Part shown: positions 48,233-58,319 of the stretch, piece by piece
How the letters are laid out: each line of letters starts with the position of its first letter
Position numbering within the stretch: position 1 is the first letter of the stretch
IMG/VR virus record: IMGVR_UViG_3300045941_000233
Span: 1 to 64,000 of that record
From: a virus
Length of the DNA: 64,000 nt
Reading direction: 5' to 3' (one strand)
Position numbers and translations under genes: made by a program
The notes under the pieces: model-generated
The model's database searches: none
What the model saw: only the letters and a program-made list of their open reading frames with translations
Told to the model about the DNA's origin: nothing

Positions 48233-49193
48233 ACGGATTGAATCCGAGCTCGCCAAGATTCGCCGTGAGAGAGACGCATGGAAGAAACAGGAGCAGGATC
48301 TTGAGCATGTTATCGGAATCATGCAGCAGCGGATCGAACGGCAGTCCAGGAAAATGTTCAAGCTGCCGCGCGGCCAGTCGCCGGCGGTAAAGGGCGGCCA
48401 TTGGCATCGGGTAATCATTCCGGACACTCACGGCAGCCTGATTCATAAGGCAGCCGCCGGCGCCTTCCTGCGCGACTTGGAATATCTGCGGCCCCGCGAG
48501 GTTGTTTTACTGGGGGACCATTTGGAGTGTGGTGGATTCCTGGCCGAACATCACACTTGGGGCTATATCGCGCAGTCGGAATACACGTTTGTTGACGACG
48601 AGCACGCCGCCAACGGCTTCCTCGACTCCGTGCAGGCGGCCTGCCCGCAAGTTGTCGAAGGCGACTGGCACTACATCGAAGGAAATCACGAACGGCGCAT
48701 TGAAACATGGTGCATAACCAAGGCTCTCCGTAGCGGCCGCGATGCGCAGTGGTTGCTCAGCAGGCTTGGCACCGAAGCCACGTTGTCGCTCCCCCGCCGC
48801 GGCATCAAATATTACCGCCAAGCCGAAATGTACTGCGGGCTCCCCGTCCGCGGGACGATCAAGCTGGGGCATTGCCTGTTCACTCACGGCAGCAGCACGG
48901 CCGACGACGCCCCGGCGAAGATGCTGGCGAAGTTTGCCACCAATCTAATTTTCGGACATATCCACCGAATCCGCTCGCTCACGAAACACTTTGTCGGCAC
49001 CGGAGACTTGACGGCTCACTCGGACGGTTGCTTATCTGAGAAAGTTCCGCTGTGGCGCCACACTGATCCGACCACTTGGAGTCATGGCTATGGCGTCCAG
49101 GTTGTGCGGCCCGACGGCTGCTTTTTGCATATCACCGTGCCGATTCTGGAAGGCAAAAGTTTACTAGGTCCGTTACTGGGGGCTGTGAAATGA
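48150..49193 (+). CDS. calcineurin-like metallophosphoesterase with N-terminal coiled coil
   Basis: PDTH, LLGD, EGNHE, THG, FGHIH. Confidence 0.88.
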   Translation: MKKCPTDDLLSKAKQIDGTEENKSQKIRRIESELAKIRRERDAWKKQEQDLEHVIGIMQQRIERQSRKMFKLPRGQSPAVKGGHWHRVIIPDTHGSLIHKAAAGAFLRDLEYLRPREVVLLGDHLECGGFLAEHHTWGYIAQSEYTFVDDEHAANGFLDSVQAACPQVVEGDWHYIEGNHERRIETWCITKALRSGRDAQWLLSRLGTEATLSLPRRGIKYYRQAEMYCGLPVRGTIKLGHCLFTHGSSTADDAPAKMLAKFATNLIFGHIHRIRSLTKHFVGTGDLTAHSDGCLSEKVPLWRHTDPTTWSHGYGVQVVRPDGCFLHITVPILEGKSLLGPLLGAVK

Positions 49194-49846
49194 GTTTTTG
49201 GTATCTGGCGACTCCGTATTCCAAGTACAAGGGCGGAATCGTGGCGGCATTCAATGAGGCCGCCAGGCAAGCGGCCGTCTTGTTGCGTGCCGGAGTGCCG
49301 GTCTTTTGTCCAATCACGCATTCGCATCCGATTGCCATCTACGGCGAAATAGATCCGTTAGATCACTCGATTTGGCTTGAGTCCGATGGATATTTCATGG
49401 AAGCGGCCCGCGGGCTAATCGTTTGCGAGCTCGACGGCTGGAAAGAGAGCTACGGCGTCAATCACGAAATCAAGTGCTTTGAAAAGCAAGGCAAGCCGAT
49501 AGTCCAGATGACGCCGGGCGTTGTGCCAGACTTTTTCAATCTGAAATCGCCTGCCGCCAACATATTGAAAATCGCCGACTCGCTGGTTCATGGCGATCGT
49601 GGCGTCAGCTACGGACATCCCGAAGACGATTTTTCGTGTGTTGCGGCTATCGCCACGGCCATGCTCCGCCGTCAGGGCAAGCTTGCCGGCAACGAAGTGA
49701 TATCGGCCGAAGATTGGGCGCTGTTCATGGTGGCGTGCAAGATCACGCGCGAGTGCTATCAGCACAAGATCGATAACCTTGTGGACGGCGCCGGCTACTT
49801 CGAAACTCTACAGATGATCCACGAACGACGCGCCGGGAGAAGTTAA
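49190..49846 (+). CDS. fusion of a DUF1937-like (nucleoside deoxyribosyltransferase fold) and a DUF6378-like domain
   Basis: YLATPYS...PITHSH...GW.ESYGV..E, then A..LV.GDR...YG.P..F...K..R......DN.VD.AGY. Confidence 0.7.
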   Translation: MSFWYLATPYSKYKGGIVAAFNEAARQAAVLLRAGVPVFCPITHSHPIAIYGEIDPLDHSIWLESDGYFMEAARGLIVCELDGWKESYGVNHEIKCFEKQGKPIVQMTPGVVPDFFNLKSPAANILKIADSLVHGDRGVSYGHPEDDFSCVAAIATAMLRRQGKLAGNEVISAEDWALFMVACKITRECYQHKIDNLVDGAGYFETLQMIHERRAGRS

Positions 49847-49927
49847 GTGGCGAATTGGTTCTACCTGGCCGGCAGCGTGATGTTTTTAATCGGCACGATT
49901 ATCAACATGCTCTCCGCGAGGCATTGA

Positions 49928-50284
49928 ATGGATTTGCCGGTTTGCGGCCATCGCACAAGCGCCACCGATTCGTCCGGCCGCAATCAATACACTTGCGACC
50001 ATCCGCAAGTCGCCCGCCCGCACGCTTCCGCTGTCGTGTCCGAACAGTTTTGCAGAGAGTGCGGACTTGTTGAATTCGGGCCGGCGGCTGTCGCGTATCA
50101 ACCATCTTGCCCAGAGCAGCCGACGTTGATCGAGTATTATTCTCGCGCCATGACTTGCATGTCCTGCCGCTCGCGCGACGGCAACCATTGCGTATTGTCT
50201 GGCGGCTCATGTAGTCTCGCGCAGAAGCTGGCGCGGCCGGACTTCGCCTGTCCGCTAGGCAATTTCGGGACAATCAAAAGATGA
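49928..50284 (+). CDS. Cys-rich small protein
   Basis: Several CxxC and single Cys residues; C-terminal CPLG. Confidence 0.55.
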   Translation: MDLPVCGHRTSATDSSGRNQYTCDHPQVARPHASAVVSEQFCRECGLVEFGPAAVAYQPSCPEQPTLIEYYSRAMTCMSCRSRDGNHCVLSGGSCSLAQKLARPDFACPLGNFGTIKR

Positions 50285-50499
50285 TCTATGTCTTACTGTT
50301 TGTGACCGGGGTTTTTTGCGGCGTTTCAATCGGATTCATTGCCGGAACTTTGTTCGGCGCCGCGCTGTGGAGGTCAGCCTGGAACGGGTACGGCGATTCG
50401 GTCGATTACACAGTGACGATGGAGTCGGCCAAAACCGAAGAGCAGGAAGAATCCGACTGGTGGAAAAAGGGGGCAAGCGACAGGAATGAGCGAGACTGA
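50281..50499 (+). CDS. small membrane protein
   Basis: N-terminal hydrophobic helix. Confidence 0.55.
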   Translation: MIYVLLFVTGVFCGVSIGFIAGTLFGAALWRSAWNGYGDSVDYTVTMESAKTEEQEESDWWKKGASDRNERD

Positions 50500-50821
50500 G
50501 CAGGCCAATCGGCTGAAGGACTTCGAACGAGTCTCGGAATTGCTTTGGCCGGCGGTTCGTTTCTTTGGTCTATGCGGCGCCGACCCGCGGTACGTTGCCG
50601 CGGTCGCGGAGCTCGGGGTGCTGCTTGGCAAGGCGAAGTCGCTTGGCGAAGCGGAAGGTCCGACCGGCGATACGATCGCGAAGGCCCGCGCCGAACAGCG
50701 CCGGGCGGATTTTGCGGAAATCGCCAATTACATCGAGCAGACCGGAGAGATACGGTCGCGAATTGGCCGCGGTAATTCCGCGGATATCGCTGAAATAGTT
50801 AGGGGGCTGGCAAGCAAGTGA
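50486..50821 (+). CDS. hypothetical protein
   Basis: Overlapping ORF in the operon. Confidence 0.55.
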   Translation: MSETEQANRLKDFERVSELLWPAVRFFGLCGADPRYVAAVAELGVLLGKAKSLGEAEGPTGDTIAKARAEQRRADFAEIANYIEQTGEIRSRIGRGNSADIAEIVRGLASK

Positions 50822-51126
50822 TACGCCGATTTTTTCGCTGGTTGATCGATCACTGGCACGCCCGCCGCGCTTACGAAGCCAATCGCCGCGACATCATCGG
50901 CCGATACGTCGTCCGGGAAGAAGAAATCACGGAGCGACACCGCCGGGAAATCGAGTCGAAGGATTCGACCATTGCGCTGCAGCAGCTTGAGCAAAAAGTG
51001 CTGCTTTCGATGATCGAAACACTGCAAGCCAAGCTATCCAGCGTCCAGGCCGCACTTGCACTACAGCAGGCCCAGTCTGAAAATGCAGTGAGACGACCGC
51101 CACAAGCCGGGGGCACGGCGAATTAG
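50818..51126 (+). CDS. coiled-coil hypothetical protein
   Basis: GTGA overlap; directly upstream of the portal gene. Confidence 0.6.
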   Translation: MIRRFFRWLIDHWHARRAYEANRRDIIGRYVVREEEITERHRREIESKDSTIALQQLEQKVLLSMIETLQAKLSSVQAALALQQAQSENAVRRPPQAGGTAN

Positions 51127-51136
51127 GTGAGCGTCC

Positions 51137-52636
51137 ATGTCGATCCAGGACTTGATTACAGAGGCAAAAGACCGTCGCGTCGGATTTTATAAGGCGGCGA
51201 CGGCATCTCTATCACGCGGCCCGTCCGGAGGCAGCGCGGCCGGCGGCCCGTACATGCAAGGCGAAGCGAGCATTGCGTCCGCTTTCGGCGACCAAGTGAC
51301 GGCCGGCGCCGAACGGCAATATCGCGCGGCCCGCGGGGGCTGGCAGTGGGCGGCCATGCGGCCGGTTGCCGTCCGGGTAGCCGATCAACCGTTCCGGTGC
51401 GGCAACAAGCAGATCCGCAAAGACTCCGGCCAAAACGCCCCCAGCAAGTTTCGCCGCAAGGTTTTCGAGTGCGCGCCGCTGTTCGTTCAGAAGCAGATGA
51501 GCGAGGGGATGGATCAGGACGACAGCCATCCGCTGCTTGAACTGTTCGAGTCCCCGAATCCGTTTATGACTGGCTGGGCGAACGTGTATTGCACGGCCCT
51601 GTCGATGCAGATCACCGGCAAAGCGTTTTGGTGGCTGGAAAATTTACAGTCGGATCCGAACAGTCCATCCAGCGCTCAACAAATGCGGCTGTGGTATTTG
51701 CCCGTGTCTTGGGTCCGAGAAATCAGCACCGAAACAGAGCCATTGGCCCAATTCAAGGTTATTCCGCCGGGTGTCACGGAAGACCGGGCGGTAATAGTCC
51801 CTGGCGCGGACATGTTGCGGTTTACCTATCCCGACCCGGCCGACCCTCTCGGGCAATTGAGCCCGATGCAGACCCAAGCCCGGGCGATCAATACCGACGA
51901 CGAAATTCAAAAGTCCCAGTTTGCGTCGATGATGAACGGCGCGCGGCCCGGAATGATTCTCACCGCCGGCCGACTGGAAATGCCGGCTGGAATGGGCGGC
52001 GGACTGGGACCGCGGCCCATTTTGACGCCCGAGCAGCGAGCGCAGCTTACATCCGCTTGCCGGCTGGCTTACGCGGGCGCCATGCATCACATGGAGCCGT
52101 TTATCATCGACGGCATGATCGAAAACGTGCAGCCGTGGACCCTCAACCCGGTCGATCTGGACTTTCCCAACGGTTCGAGCCTGACCAAAGAGCGGATTTT
52201 CCAGGGCTTCGGCATGAATCCGATCGTGGCCGGACAGATCGAGGGAGCCAACCGCGCTTCGGCCTACGTGGCGCAGGCGAACGTCGATGCGAATGTCGTT
52301 AATCCCCTGATTACACAGATTTCGCAGACCATGACGATGAAGCTGAGTCCGCGATTTTCAGGCGACGGCGCCGGTCGCAAGTTGTATGTCTGGATTGACC
52401 GGGCTGTCGCGCACGACGAAGAGATTGAAATCCAGAAAACGGCCCAGCTTTTAGAGGGACACGCCATCACAAAGAACGAGCTCCGCGAGCGAAACGGAAT
52501 GGCGCCCATGGAAACCGGCGGCGACGAAATAGCCGCCCCGCCAGAGCCGCCGCTGGCCCCGCCAGGATCCACCGGCCCACAGCGCCCCGGTAGTGGTGGC
52601 CAGCGTCCGCCGGCCCGCGGCAAGCCCAAGCGCTGA
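51137..52636 (+). CDS. phage portal protein (HK97-like)
   Basis: HPLL.L...PNP.MT, GKAFW, LSP, NGARPG.IL, DLDF, ITKNE.R...G..P..GGD. Confidence 0.9.
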   Translation: MSIQDLITEAKDRRVGFYKAATASLSRGPSGGSAAGGPYMQGEASIASAFGDQVTAGAERQYRAARGGWQWAAMRPVAVRVADQPFRCGNKQIRKDSGQNAPSKFRRKVFECAPLFVQKQMSEGMDQDDSHPLLELFESPNPFMTGWANVYCTALSMQITGKAFWWLENLQSDPNSPSSAQQMRLWYLPVSWVREISTETEPLAQFKVIPPGVTEDRAVIVPGADMLRFTYPDPADPLGQLSPMQTQARAINTDDEIQKSQFASMMNGARPGMILTAGRLEMPAGMGGGLGPRPILTPEQRAQLTSACRLAYAGAMHHMEPFIIDGMIENVQPWTLNPVDLDFPNGSSLTKERIFQGFGMNPIVAGQIEGANRASAYVAQANVDANVVNPLITQISQTMTMKLSPRFSGDGAGRKLYVWIDRAVAHDEEIEIQKTAQLLEGHAITKNELRERNGMAPMETGGDEIAAPPEPPLAPPGSTGPQRPGSGGQRPPARGKPKR

Positions 52637-53301
52637 TGGTCAGCGCCAGCGACTTAACCGTGATGGTCGTAATGGTTGGCGGGACGGATTATTGGCCAAA
52701 AACACGGCCGTTTATTGAAGAATACTGTCAGCGGCACGGCTATCAATTTCGAGTCTTCACCGAAGACTGCCTGCCGGCTGAAGCGCATCCGTCCTGGAAC
52801 AAGCTGGCGATAGCATCGTTTGCAAAAACGCCGCACGTCGTCACCTGGGACGCCGACTTAGTTCCATTGCCGCAAGCCGGCCCGATCCATGTCGAGCTCG
52901 ACCCCGATCGTCTTGGCATGGTCAAAATCCCTCCGTCACACGGCGGCTATTCGAAGCTGAGATATCGCTACGGCCGCCGGGCTGCGCCGCACATGCAATT
53001 CAACTGTGGCCTGATTTCCATTCCGGACGCCTGGAAGCCGTTCCTGCGCGACTTGTTTTTCGCTTCCGACTATGGGCGGTCGATCTTTTGGGAGCAGGGC
53101 GCGCTAAATTACGCGATCTATCGCCAGTCGATCGATGTCTGCGAGCTCGACAGCCGCTGGAATTACTGGGTTTCTGGCGTCCTGCGCCGCCGGCATCTGG
53201 TCGAAGCCAACTGCCTGCACTTTGCCAGTCGATCGTGGCTCCGGCGCCGCAACGTCGATCTGCTGTACCGGCTACTTCGCCGGCCACTCCCGGCAGCCTG
53301 A
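52636..53301 (+). CDS. glycosyltransferase-like protein (GT-A; GT34/GT8-like)
   Basis: YC.RHGY.F, PSW.KL, WDAD, FNCG, WEQGALN, LD.RWN, LHFA. Confidence 0.75.
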   Translation: MVSASDLTVMVVMVGGTDYWPKTRPFIEEYCQRHGYQFRVFTEDCLPAEAHPSWNKLAIASFAKTPHVVTWDADLVPLPQAGPIHVELDPDRLGMVKIPPSHGGYSKLRYRYGRRAAPHMQFNCGLISIPDAWKPFLRDLFFASDYGRSIFWEQGALNYAIYRQSIDVCELDSRWNYWVSGVLRRRHLVEANCLHFASRSWLRRRNVDLLYRLLRRPLPAA

Positions 53302-53357
53302 AATATTTTCGTTTTTGCCTGTTGACGTTTTCCGCGGTTTGTTTCTAAGTTCGGGCT

Positions 53358-53555
53358 ATGGCGGCTGACGAAGTGGATTTGGAGTCACCGCAAGAGAAGT
53401 CAGCGAGGCTTGAAAGGTCGATCTATTCGCTGGTTGCTGAAGCCGTAAGGCACAAAGCCGCCTCGAAGTCCTTCGGTCACTTTCAAATCAAGCTGGTCTT
53501 CAAGCACGGCCTAATCGACATGATTGAGGCCGGCGACAACGTAACGCACAAGTAA
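53358..53555 (+). CDS. small hypothetical protein
   Basis: 65-aa ORF followed by a terminator. Confidence 0.55.
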   Translation: MAADEVDLESPQEKSARLERSIYSLVAEAVRHKAASKSFGHFQIKLVFKHGLIDMIEAGDNVTHK

Positions 53556-53577
53556 TTTTTTAGTCAGAGCACCAAAG

Positions 53578-53622
53578 AAGGGCCTGGCAAGCGAGTCCGC
53601 TCGCTTTCCAGGCCCTTTTTCG
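53578..53622 (+). terminator. rho-independent terminator
   Basis: AAGGGCCTGG...CCAGGCCCTT stem followed by a T run. Confidence 0.7.
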
Positions 53623-53646
53623 TTTTTACACACAAAGGCCATCGAA

Positions 53647-54177
53647 ATGAACGCTCAAGGTTTTGGCGGTTTGTATGTCACTGGCAATACAACGAACGTC
53701 CATGCCTTGAGCACGGGCACGGAGCTTTCCGGCGTGTTGCTTACGTGGGTGGCGCTTTCCGGCGTCACTGCCGCGCATGGCGATGTTTCCGTTACTCCCA
53801 GCACTTCAACGGGCCGGCTGACCCTGAAGCCGGGCGCTTACGAAGTCGTTTTCGAGTGCAGCGTCGAAAACAACATCGTTTCCGGCCTGTCGTCTGAAGA
53901 CGTGACAGTCCAAGACATCCTGCAAGCGGACATCCGCCAGGGCAATTCGTCCGGCACGATGACCGCCATCACCGGCACCAAGAGCAAGGTGGCCTTGCTG
54001 GAAGGCTTGCCGACCATGCTCCGCATCACGGCGCTGGTGGAAATCGCGCACGCCGCGGCCGCTGCGACCACGCCCTACAACTACATCTCCGTTTGGCTCA
54101 CGACGGCGATCACTGGCGGAACACTGAGCGACGTGCTCATCAGCGAAGCCCGGTTCTACGCAAAGCGGCTGTACTAA
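53647..54177 (+). CDS. beta-rich putative virion protein
   Basis: Thr/Ser/Gly-rich 176 aa upstream of the protease and capsid genes. Confidence 0.55.
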   Translation: MNAQGFGGLYVTGNTTNVHALSTGTELSGVLLTWVALSGVTAAHGDVSVTPSTSTGRLTLKPGAYEVVFECSVENNIVSGLSSEDVTVQDILQADIRQGNSSGTMTAITGTKSKVALLEGLPTMLRITALVEIAHAAAAATTPYNYISVWLTTAITGGTLSDVLISEARFYAKRLY

Positions 54178-54229
54178 TTCCGCCGCTCGACCCGCGCCCG
54201 CTGTCCGCTGGATCGAAAGGTTTTGGCTG

Positions 54230-55774
54230 ATGACGCTTGAACAACTCATTGAGTCGATCAACTCCCGAAAGGCATTTTCGCCTTTCGGCATCAGCACGGC
54301 CGCGGCTTACGTCGGCGGCATCGCTCCATGTCTGACCGGTGGCGATCTATGCCCGGTCAAGATTTTCAAGTTGGCGTCGGCCGACTTGTGGGAAAAGGAA
54401 ATCAAGGAGGCGGCCAACCGCCTGACGTATTGCGATAACGCCATGGCGGACCCCGACTTGCTTTCCAAGTCGATTCGCGACGGCGCCGGCATCACCAAGG
54501 ATGCTGTGCTCGAATACGACTGCGTTTTGTCGTCGTGCATGAAGGACCGCGACGGCGATATCGTCCGGCAAAAGGGCGGCCTGGAAGTCGATCTGAAAAT
54601 GCCGCTGCTGTGGCAGCATATTCAGGTGAGCCCCATCGGCAAGCATGTCGCCCTGCTTGAACAGGACGACACGATCACCAAGTCGCGTTTCGCCATCGCT
54701 GACACCGAGCTTGGCCGCGATGCGGCCGTGCTGGTGAAATTCGGCGCTCTCCGCAAGTCCATTGGCTTCAAGCCTTTCGAGTTTTCGCCCATCGAAATCG
54801 TCAAAGGTTCCGACGGCAAGGATCATGTCCGCGGCTGGGACGTGAAGAAATCGGCCTGCATGGAAGGTTCGCTGGTTTCGATTCCCGCCAATCCGGCCGC
54901 CGGCATCCTGTCCTACTACGAAAAGGAATTCGACGGGCTGTGCACGGCCCACGGCCGCGGGCTGCTGAAGCACCCGATGGTAAAGCATTGGTCGAAGGGC
55001 ATTTACGATTTGCGGCCGGTCCAAGTCCCGGGTGTCGATCTGAGCACCAAAGCGGCCGAATCCGAGACGACCGCCAAGCTGACGATTGGCGGCGCGGTTG
55101 TCGAGCTCTCCACCAAATCAACGGCCGCCGCAGAGAAATCCGGCCAAGCGCAGGGCCAAGAGAAGCGGAAATGCCCGAAGTGCGGCGTCGGCCGCCTGGC
55201 GTCCAACGGCGAATGCCCGAATTGCTTCCACATCGAAGTGGATAACAAACCCGGCAGCGCCCCCAAGTCCACGGAGCCGACCGCCGACAAAGCCGTCACC
55301 GATGACCTGTCAACGAAAATGATGGGCAATGAGTACATCGACGGCAGCTACGAAAAAGTCCAGTCGATGCTCCGCGCCACCGCGCGAAGCTACTTGCGCG
55401 GCAAGGGCCTGACGGCCAACGAAAACGGCTATACGGATCTGGTTGCGACGTTCGGCGATTCGGCCGTCGTTTGCCTGTACTCCTACGGCGATGTTAAGTC
55501 GCCTTGCTACCGAATCGATTACTCGGTGGACAAGAGCGGCGCCGCCACCTGGACCGGCGAACCGAAGTCGGTCGAAGTCAAGCAGCAAATCATCGACAAG
55601 CGCTTCGCGGCCGAGTCGATCGACGCACTCTCCCGCAAGCTGGCCGCCAAGATGCTCAACGCTGACGGCGCCAACGAGCAAGTGCGAGCCGCGCACGACA
55701 CGATTTCCAAGGCTTTCGCGACCCTCAAACAGTCCAGCGAGAGCTTTGATTTTGAGGAATTGTTCAGTAACTAA
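54230..55774 (+). CDS. HK97-type prohead protease with C-terminal extension
   Basis: DRDGDIV...G, PLLWQH...PIGK, SIGF.P, E.SLVSIPANP.A. Confidence 0.88.
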   Translation: MTLEQLIESINSRKAFSPFGISTAAAYVGGIAPCLTGGDLCPVKIFKLASADLWEKEIKEAANRLTYCDNAMADPDLLSKSIRDGAGITKDAVLEYDCVLSSCMKDRDGDIVRQKGGLEVDLKMPLLWQHIQVSPIGKHVALLEQDDTITKSRFAIADTELGRDAAVLVKFGALRKSIGFKPFEFSPIEIVKGSDGKDHVRGWDVKKSACMEGSLVSIPANPAAGILSYYEKEFDGLCTAHGRGLLKHPMVKHWSKGIYDLRPVQVPGVDLSTKAAESETTAKLTIGGAVVELSTKSTAAAEKSGQAQGQEKRKCPKCGVGRLASNGECPNCFHIEVDNKPGSAPKSTEPTADKAVTDDLSTKMMGNEYIDGSYEKVQSMLRATARSYLRGKGLTANENGYTDLVATFGDSAVVCLYSYGDVKSPCYRIDYSVDKSGAATWTGEPKSVEVKQQIIDKRFAAESIDALSRKLAAKMLNADGANEQVRAAHDTISKAFATLKQSSESFDFEELFSN

Positions 55775-55811
55775 CGCCGGCGCAAGCCGGAATTTGTAAA
55801 GGGCCGACCCA

Positions 55812-57482
55812 ATGTGGAAGATCACCACCGAACTGAAGAAGCACCTTCAGGAGAAATTCAGCCTCGCGGCCGATGCGACGGATGAAGTTGTTCGCAAGAT
55901 GGTTGGCGAGAAAATCGCCAGCGGCGAACTGTCGATGGACGACTTCGCCCGCCTCACGACTGCAAAGGCCACCGAGGCCGAGCAGAAAGTCCAGGCGATG
56001 ATCGACAAGTCCATCGCCCCCGTGCTCGACGCCATCAAGGCGCTCAAGCCCGAGACGCCGGCCCCCGCGGCTCCCGCGGCCCCCGCCGAATCGAAGGCCC
56101 TCAACCTGACCGCCCCGCCGGCCGCGCCGGCAACTCCGCCCGCGTCGGAAGGCCAGAAGCTTTACGCTTTGGCCGGTTCGGCTGTGGCGAGCGACCTGGA
56201 CGAACCCACCCGTATTCGCGTGAAGTCGGCCATTGAACGGTTCGACGACACCCGCACGGCCGCGACCTGGGACAAGTGCACAAGCACTATGGTCAAGGCG
56301 CTTGGCAGCGGTAACGTCGGATCGCACACCAGCGGCCACTATTCGCCCAGTTATGACATGCCGACGGAGCGCAGCAAGGCCATCTCCGGCGTGTGGCTGA
56401 AGAACATGGCCATCAAGCGCATGCGTTCGCGCGGCGTGCATGTCGCCGACCACATCCAACTGAAGGAGTGGGAGCGCGACATCCTCATGTATGCCGCCCA
56501 CAACTGCAAATTTGTTGGTCCGATTGGCTGGACCGGCAGCGGCGACAGCAATGAAGGCGACGCGCTGCACTGGTACACGGGCGAGAAGCTGATGAGCGAC
56601 TTGCACCGCAAGGCCGTGTTGGACGATTCGACGTCGGGCGGCCTGGAAGCCGTGCCTATCGAATTCGACGCCAACGTCATCCTGACTCCGCTTCTCAATG
56701 GCGAACTGTTCCCGTTTGTGAACATCGTCAACGTCGGACGCCGACGGATCGAGGCCACGAAAATCAGCAATCCCACCATGGCGTGGGGTGTTGCTGAAGG
56801 CACCGCGATTTCGCTGTTCAATACGGACAGCTTCATTTCGGCTTTCGACAATTCGATCTATCCGATCACCGGCGCCATGGAGCTCGGCCTGGACTTCCTG
56901 GCCGACTCGCCGCTGGCCGTCACCCAGACGGTTGTGCAGCGGTACGGCGAGCGGTTCCGGACGGAAATGGACAACGTGATTGCGACCGGCAACGGCACCG
57001 ACCGGCCCGAGGGCGTGTTTACCACGTCCGGCGTGACTTCGGTCACTCCTTCCGGTGGCGCTGGCGCCGCCCAGACCGTCGGCGATTACGAAGGCTTGCG
57101 GTTCGGCGTGGCGAAGGAATTCCGCCAGGAAGCCGGCCTGCGTGCCATGTACGTCGGGACCGACACTTCCTACAGCCGCGCCCGCGGCATTGCGGTTGGC
57201 GCGTCGGATCAACGCCGAGTGTTCGGCATCGACGACCAGGAGAGCTACACGCTGTTCCAGCGGCGTTATGCGGTCAACGGTTCGCTGACGAATGCCCAAA
57301 TCGGGTATTTCTGCTTCAACCGATACCGCATGTATCGCCGGCTTGGCTTGGAAGTCCGGATGGTCACTGAAGACTGGACCTTGGCCCGCCAGAGCAAGGA
57401 AGGCATCATCGTCCGCGCCCGCTTCGGTGGTGCGCTCGAACTGGCCGCGGCCGGAACAAAGATCACTAACGGCCAAGCCTAA
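55812..57482 (+). CDS. major capsid protein (HK97 fold)
   Basis: SGG...VP.EF, W..EG.AI, D.....GNGT..PEG, R.GG; N-terminal scaffold-like region. Confidence 0.9.
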   Translation: MWKITTELKKHLQEKFSLAADATDEVVRKMVGEKIASGELSMDDFARLTTAKATEAEQKVQAMIDKSIAPVLDAIKALKPETPAPAAPAAPAESKALNLTAPPAAPATPPASEGQKLYALAGSAVASDLDEPTRIRVKSAIERFDDTRTAATWDKCTSTMVKALGSGNVGSHTSGHYSPSYDMPTERSKAISGVWLKNMAIKRMRSRGVHVADHIQLKEWERDILMYAAHNCKFVGPIGWTGSGDSNEGDALHWYTGEKLMSDLHRKAVLDDSTSGGLEAVPIEFDANVILTPLLNGELFPFVNIVNVGRRRIEATKISNPTMAWGVAEGTAISLFNTDSFISAFDNSIYPITGAMELGLDFLADSPLAVTQTVVQRYGERFRTEMDNVIATGNGTDRPEGVFTTSGVTSVTPSGGAGAAQTVGDYEGLRFGVAKEFRQEAGLRAMYVGTDTSYSRARGIAVGASDQRRVFGIDDQESYTLFQRRYAVNGSLTNAQIGYFCFNRYRMYRRLGLEVRMVTEDWTLARQSKEGIIVRARFGGALELAAAGTKITNGQA

Positions 57483-57504
57483 CCTGGCTTGACTGACTGA
57501 ACTC

Positions 57505-57548
57505 CCGGCGGCTGCAACATCGCCCGCGGCCGCCGGGTTGATTTTTTT
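57505..57548 (+). terminator. terminator after the capsid gene
   Basis: CCCGGCGGC...GCCGCCGGG stem followed by TTGATTTTTTT. Confidence 0.6.
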
Positions 57549-57571
57549 CCGAAGGGCGAGCCGGGGGTTAC

Positions 57572-58237
57572 ATGCCACGCTACACGATCGAGATAGCGGG
57601 ACCGCGCAACGAAGGCGCGATTTTCCCGCCGATTGGAAATGAACGGCTGAGAGGCCGTTGGTCGAATGCGAAAGTTGCTCACCGCAACAAAACCAATGAT
57701 GAGTCCGGGCTGGCGCTCAAGCAGTTGTCGCTCGCCGTCGAGACGATTCCTGGGTTGTTTATTTCGCTCGACACGACTGCCGGCGGTCGCGGAGAGGGGT
57801 CAATTGTTGACCCGCTCGGTGAGTCGCCGGCGGGACGCGAGATTCAGGCGAAGATCAAGGATGTCCTGAGCCGTTTTTCGCCGAACGCTCTTGATTGCGG
57901 TTCGGATCCACGGCCGCGATCGACTTTCCCGAATTTGGGCGCCGACGGCATCAAGGAATGGGCGTTTTTCATGCGAACGATGCTTGACTCCGGTCAGGCG
58001 GCGGAAGTTGGCACCGAAAAACTGCCGGATATCGAAACGATTCGAAAGATGCCAGGCAAGCGGCGCCGCGATCCGCTCAACACCGGCCGCCAGGACGCCG
58101 AGAGCGAAGCCGAAGCCCGCAAGGGCCACGGAGTTTACCGATACGCCGACGAAGTGCCAGAGAATGCCGAGCTCGTCGGCGCCGGCCCCTCGACTGGCAA
58201 TGGACCCAAGGGCGGCAGTAAGCCGCCGACACCGTAA
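57572..58237 (+). CDS. hypothetical protein
   Basis: 221-aa ORF after the capsid gene. Confidence 0.7.
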   Translation: MPRYTIEIAGPRNEGAIFPPIGNERLRGRWSNAKVAHRNKTNDESGLALKQLSLAVETIPGLFISLDTTAGGRGEGSIVDPLGESPAGREIQAKIKDVLSRFSPNALDCGSDPRPRSTFPNLGADGIKEWAFFMRTMLDSGQAAEVGTEKLPDIETIRKMPGKRRRDPLNTGRQDAESEAEARKGHGVYRYADEVPENAELVGAGPSTGNGPKGGSKPPTP

Positions 58238-58319
58238 AACAGCGCTGGCCCCCGGCGCGTTCCACTCCCGGCATAGGTCGTCCCTATGCCGGGCAGTGGT
58301 TTTTATCTGGCCCGTCACA

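Noticed and set aside
55764-57578. 604-aa antisense ORF over the capsid gene, and many other long shadow ORFs
   Set aside because: These are typical high-GC antisense or off-frame ORFs with no motifs, overlapping well-supported genes.
57804-57813. Self-target of array unit 6 (match to the reverse complement of segment B); similar 9-mer hits at 6611, 10614 and 27916
   Set aside because: The partner segment is not adjacent, and single 9-10 nt matches are expected by chance in 64 kb. No full self-target was found by eye, but the search was not exhaustive.
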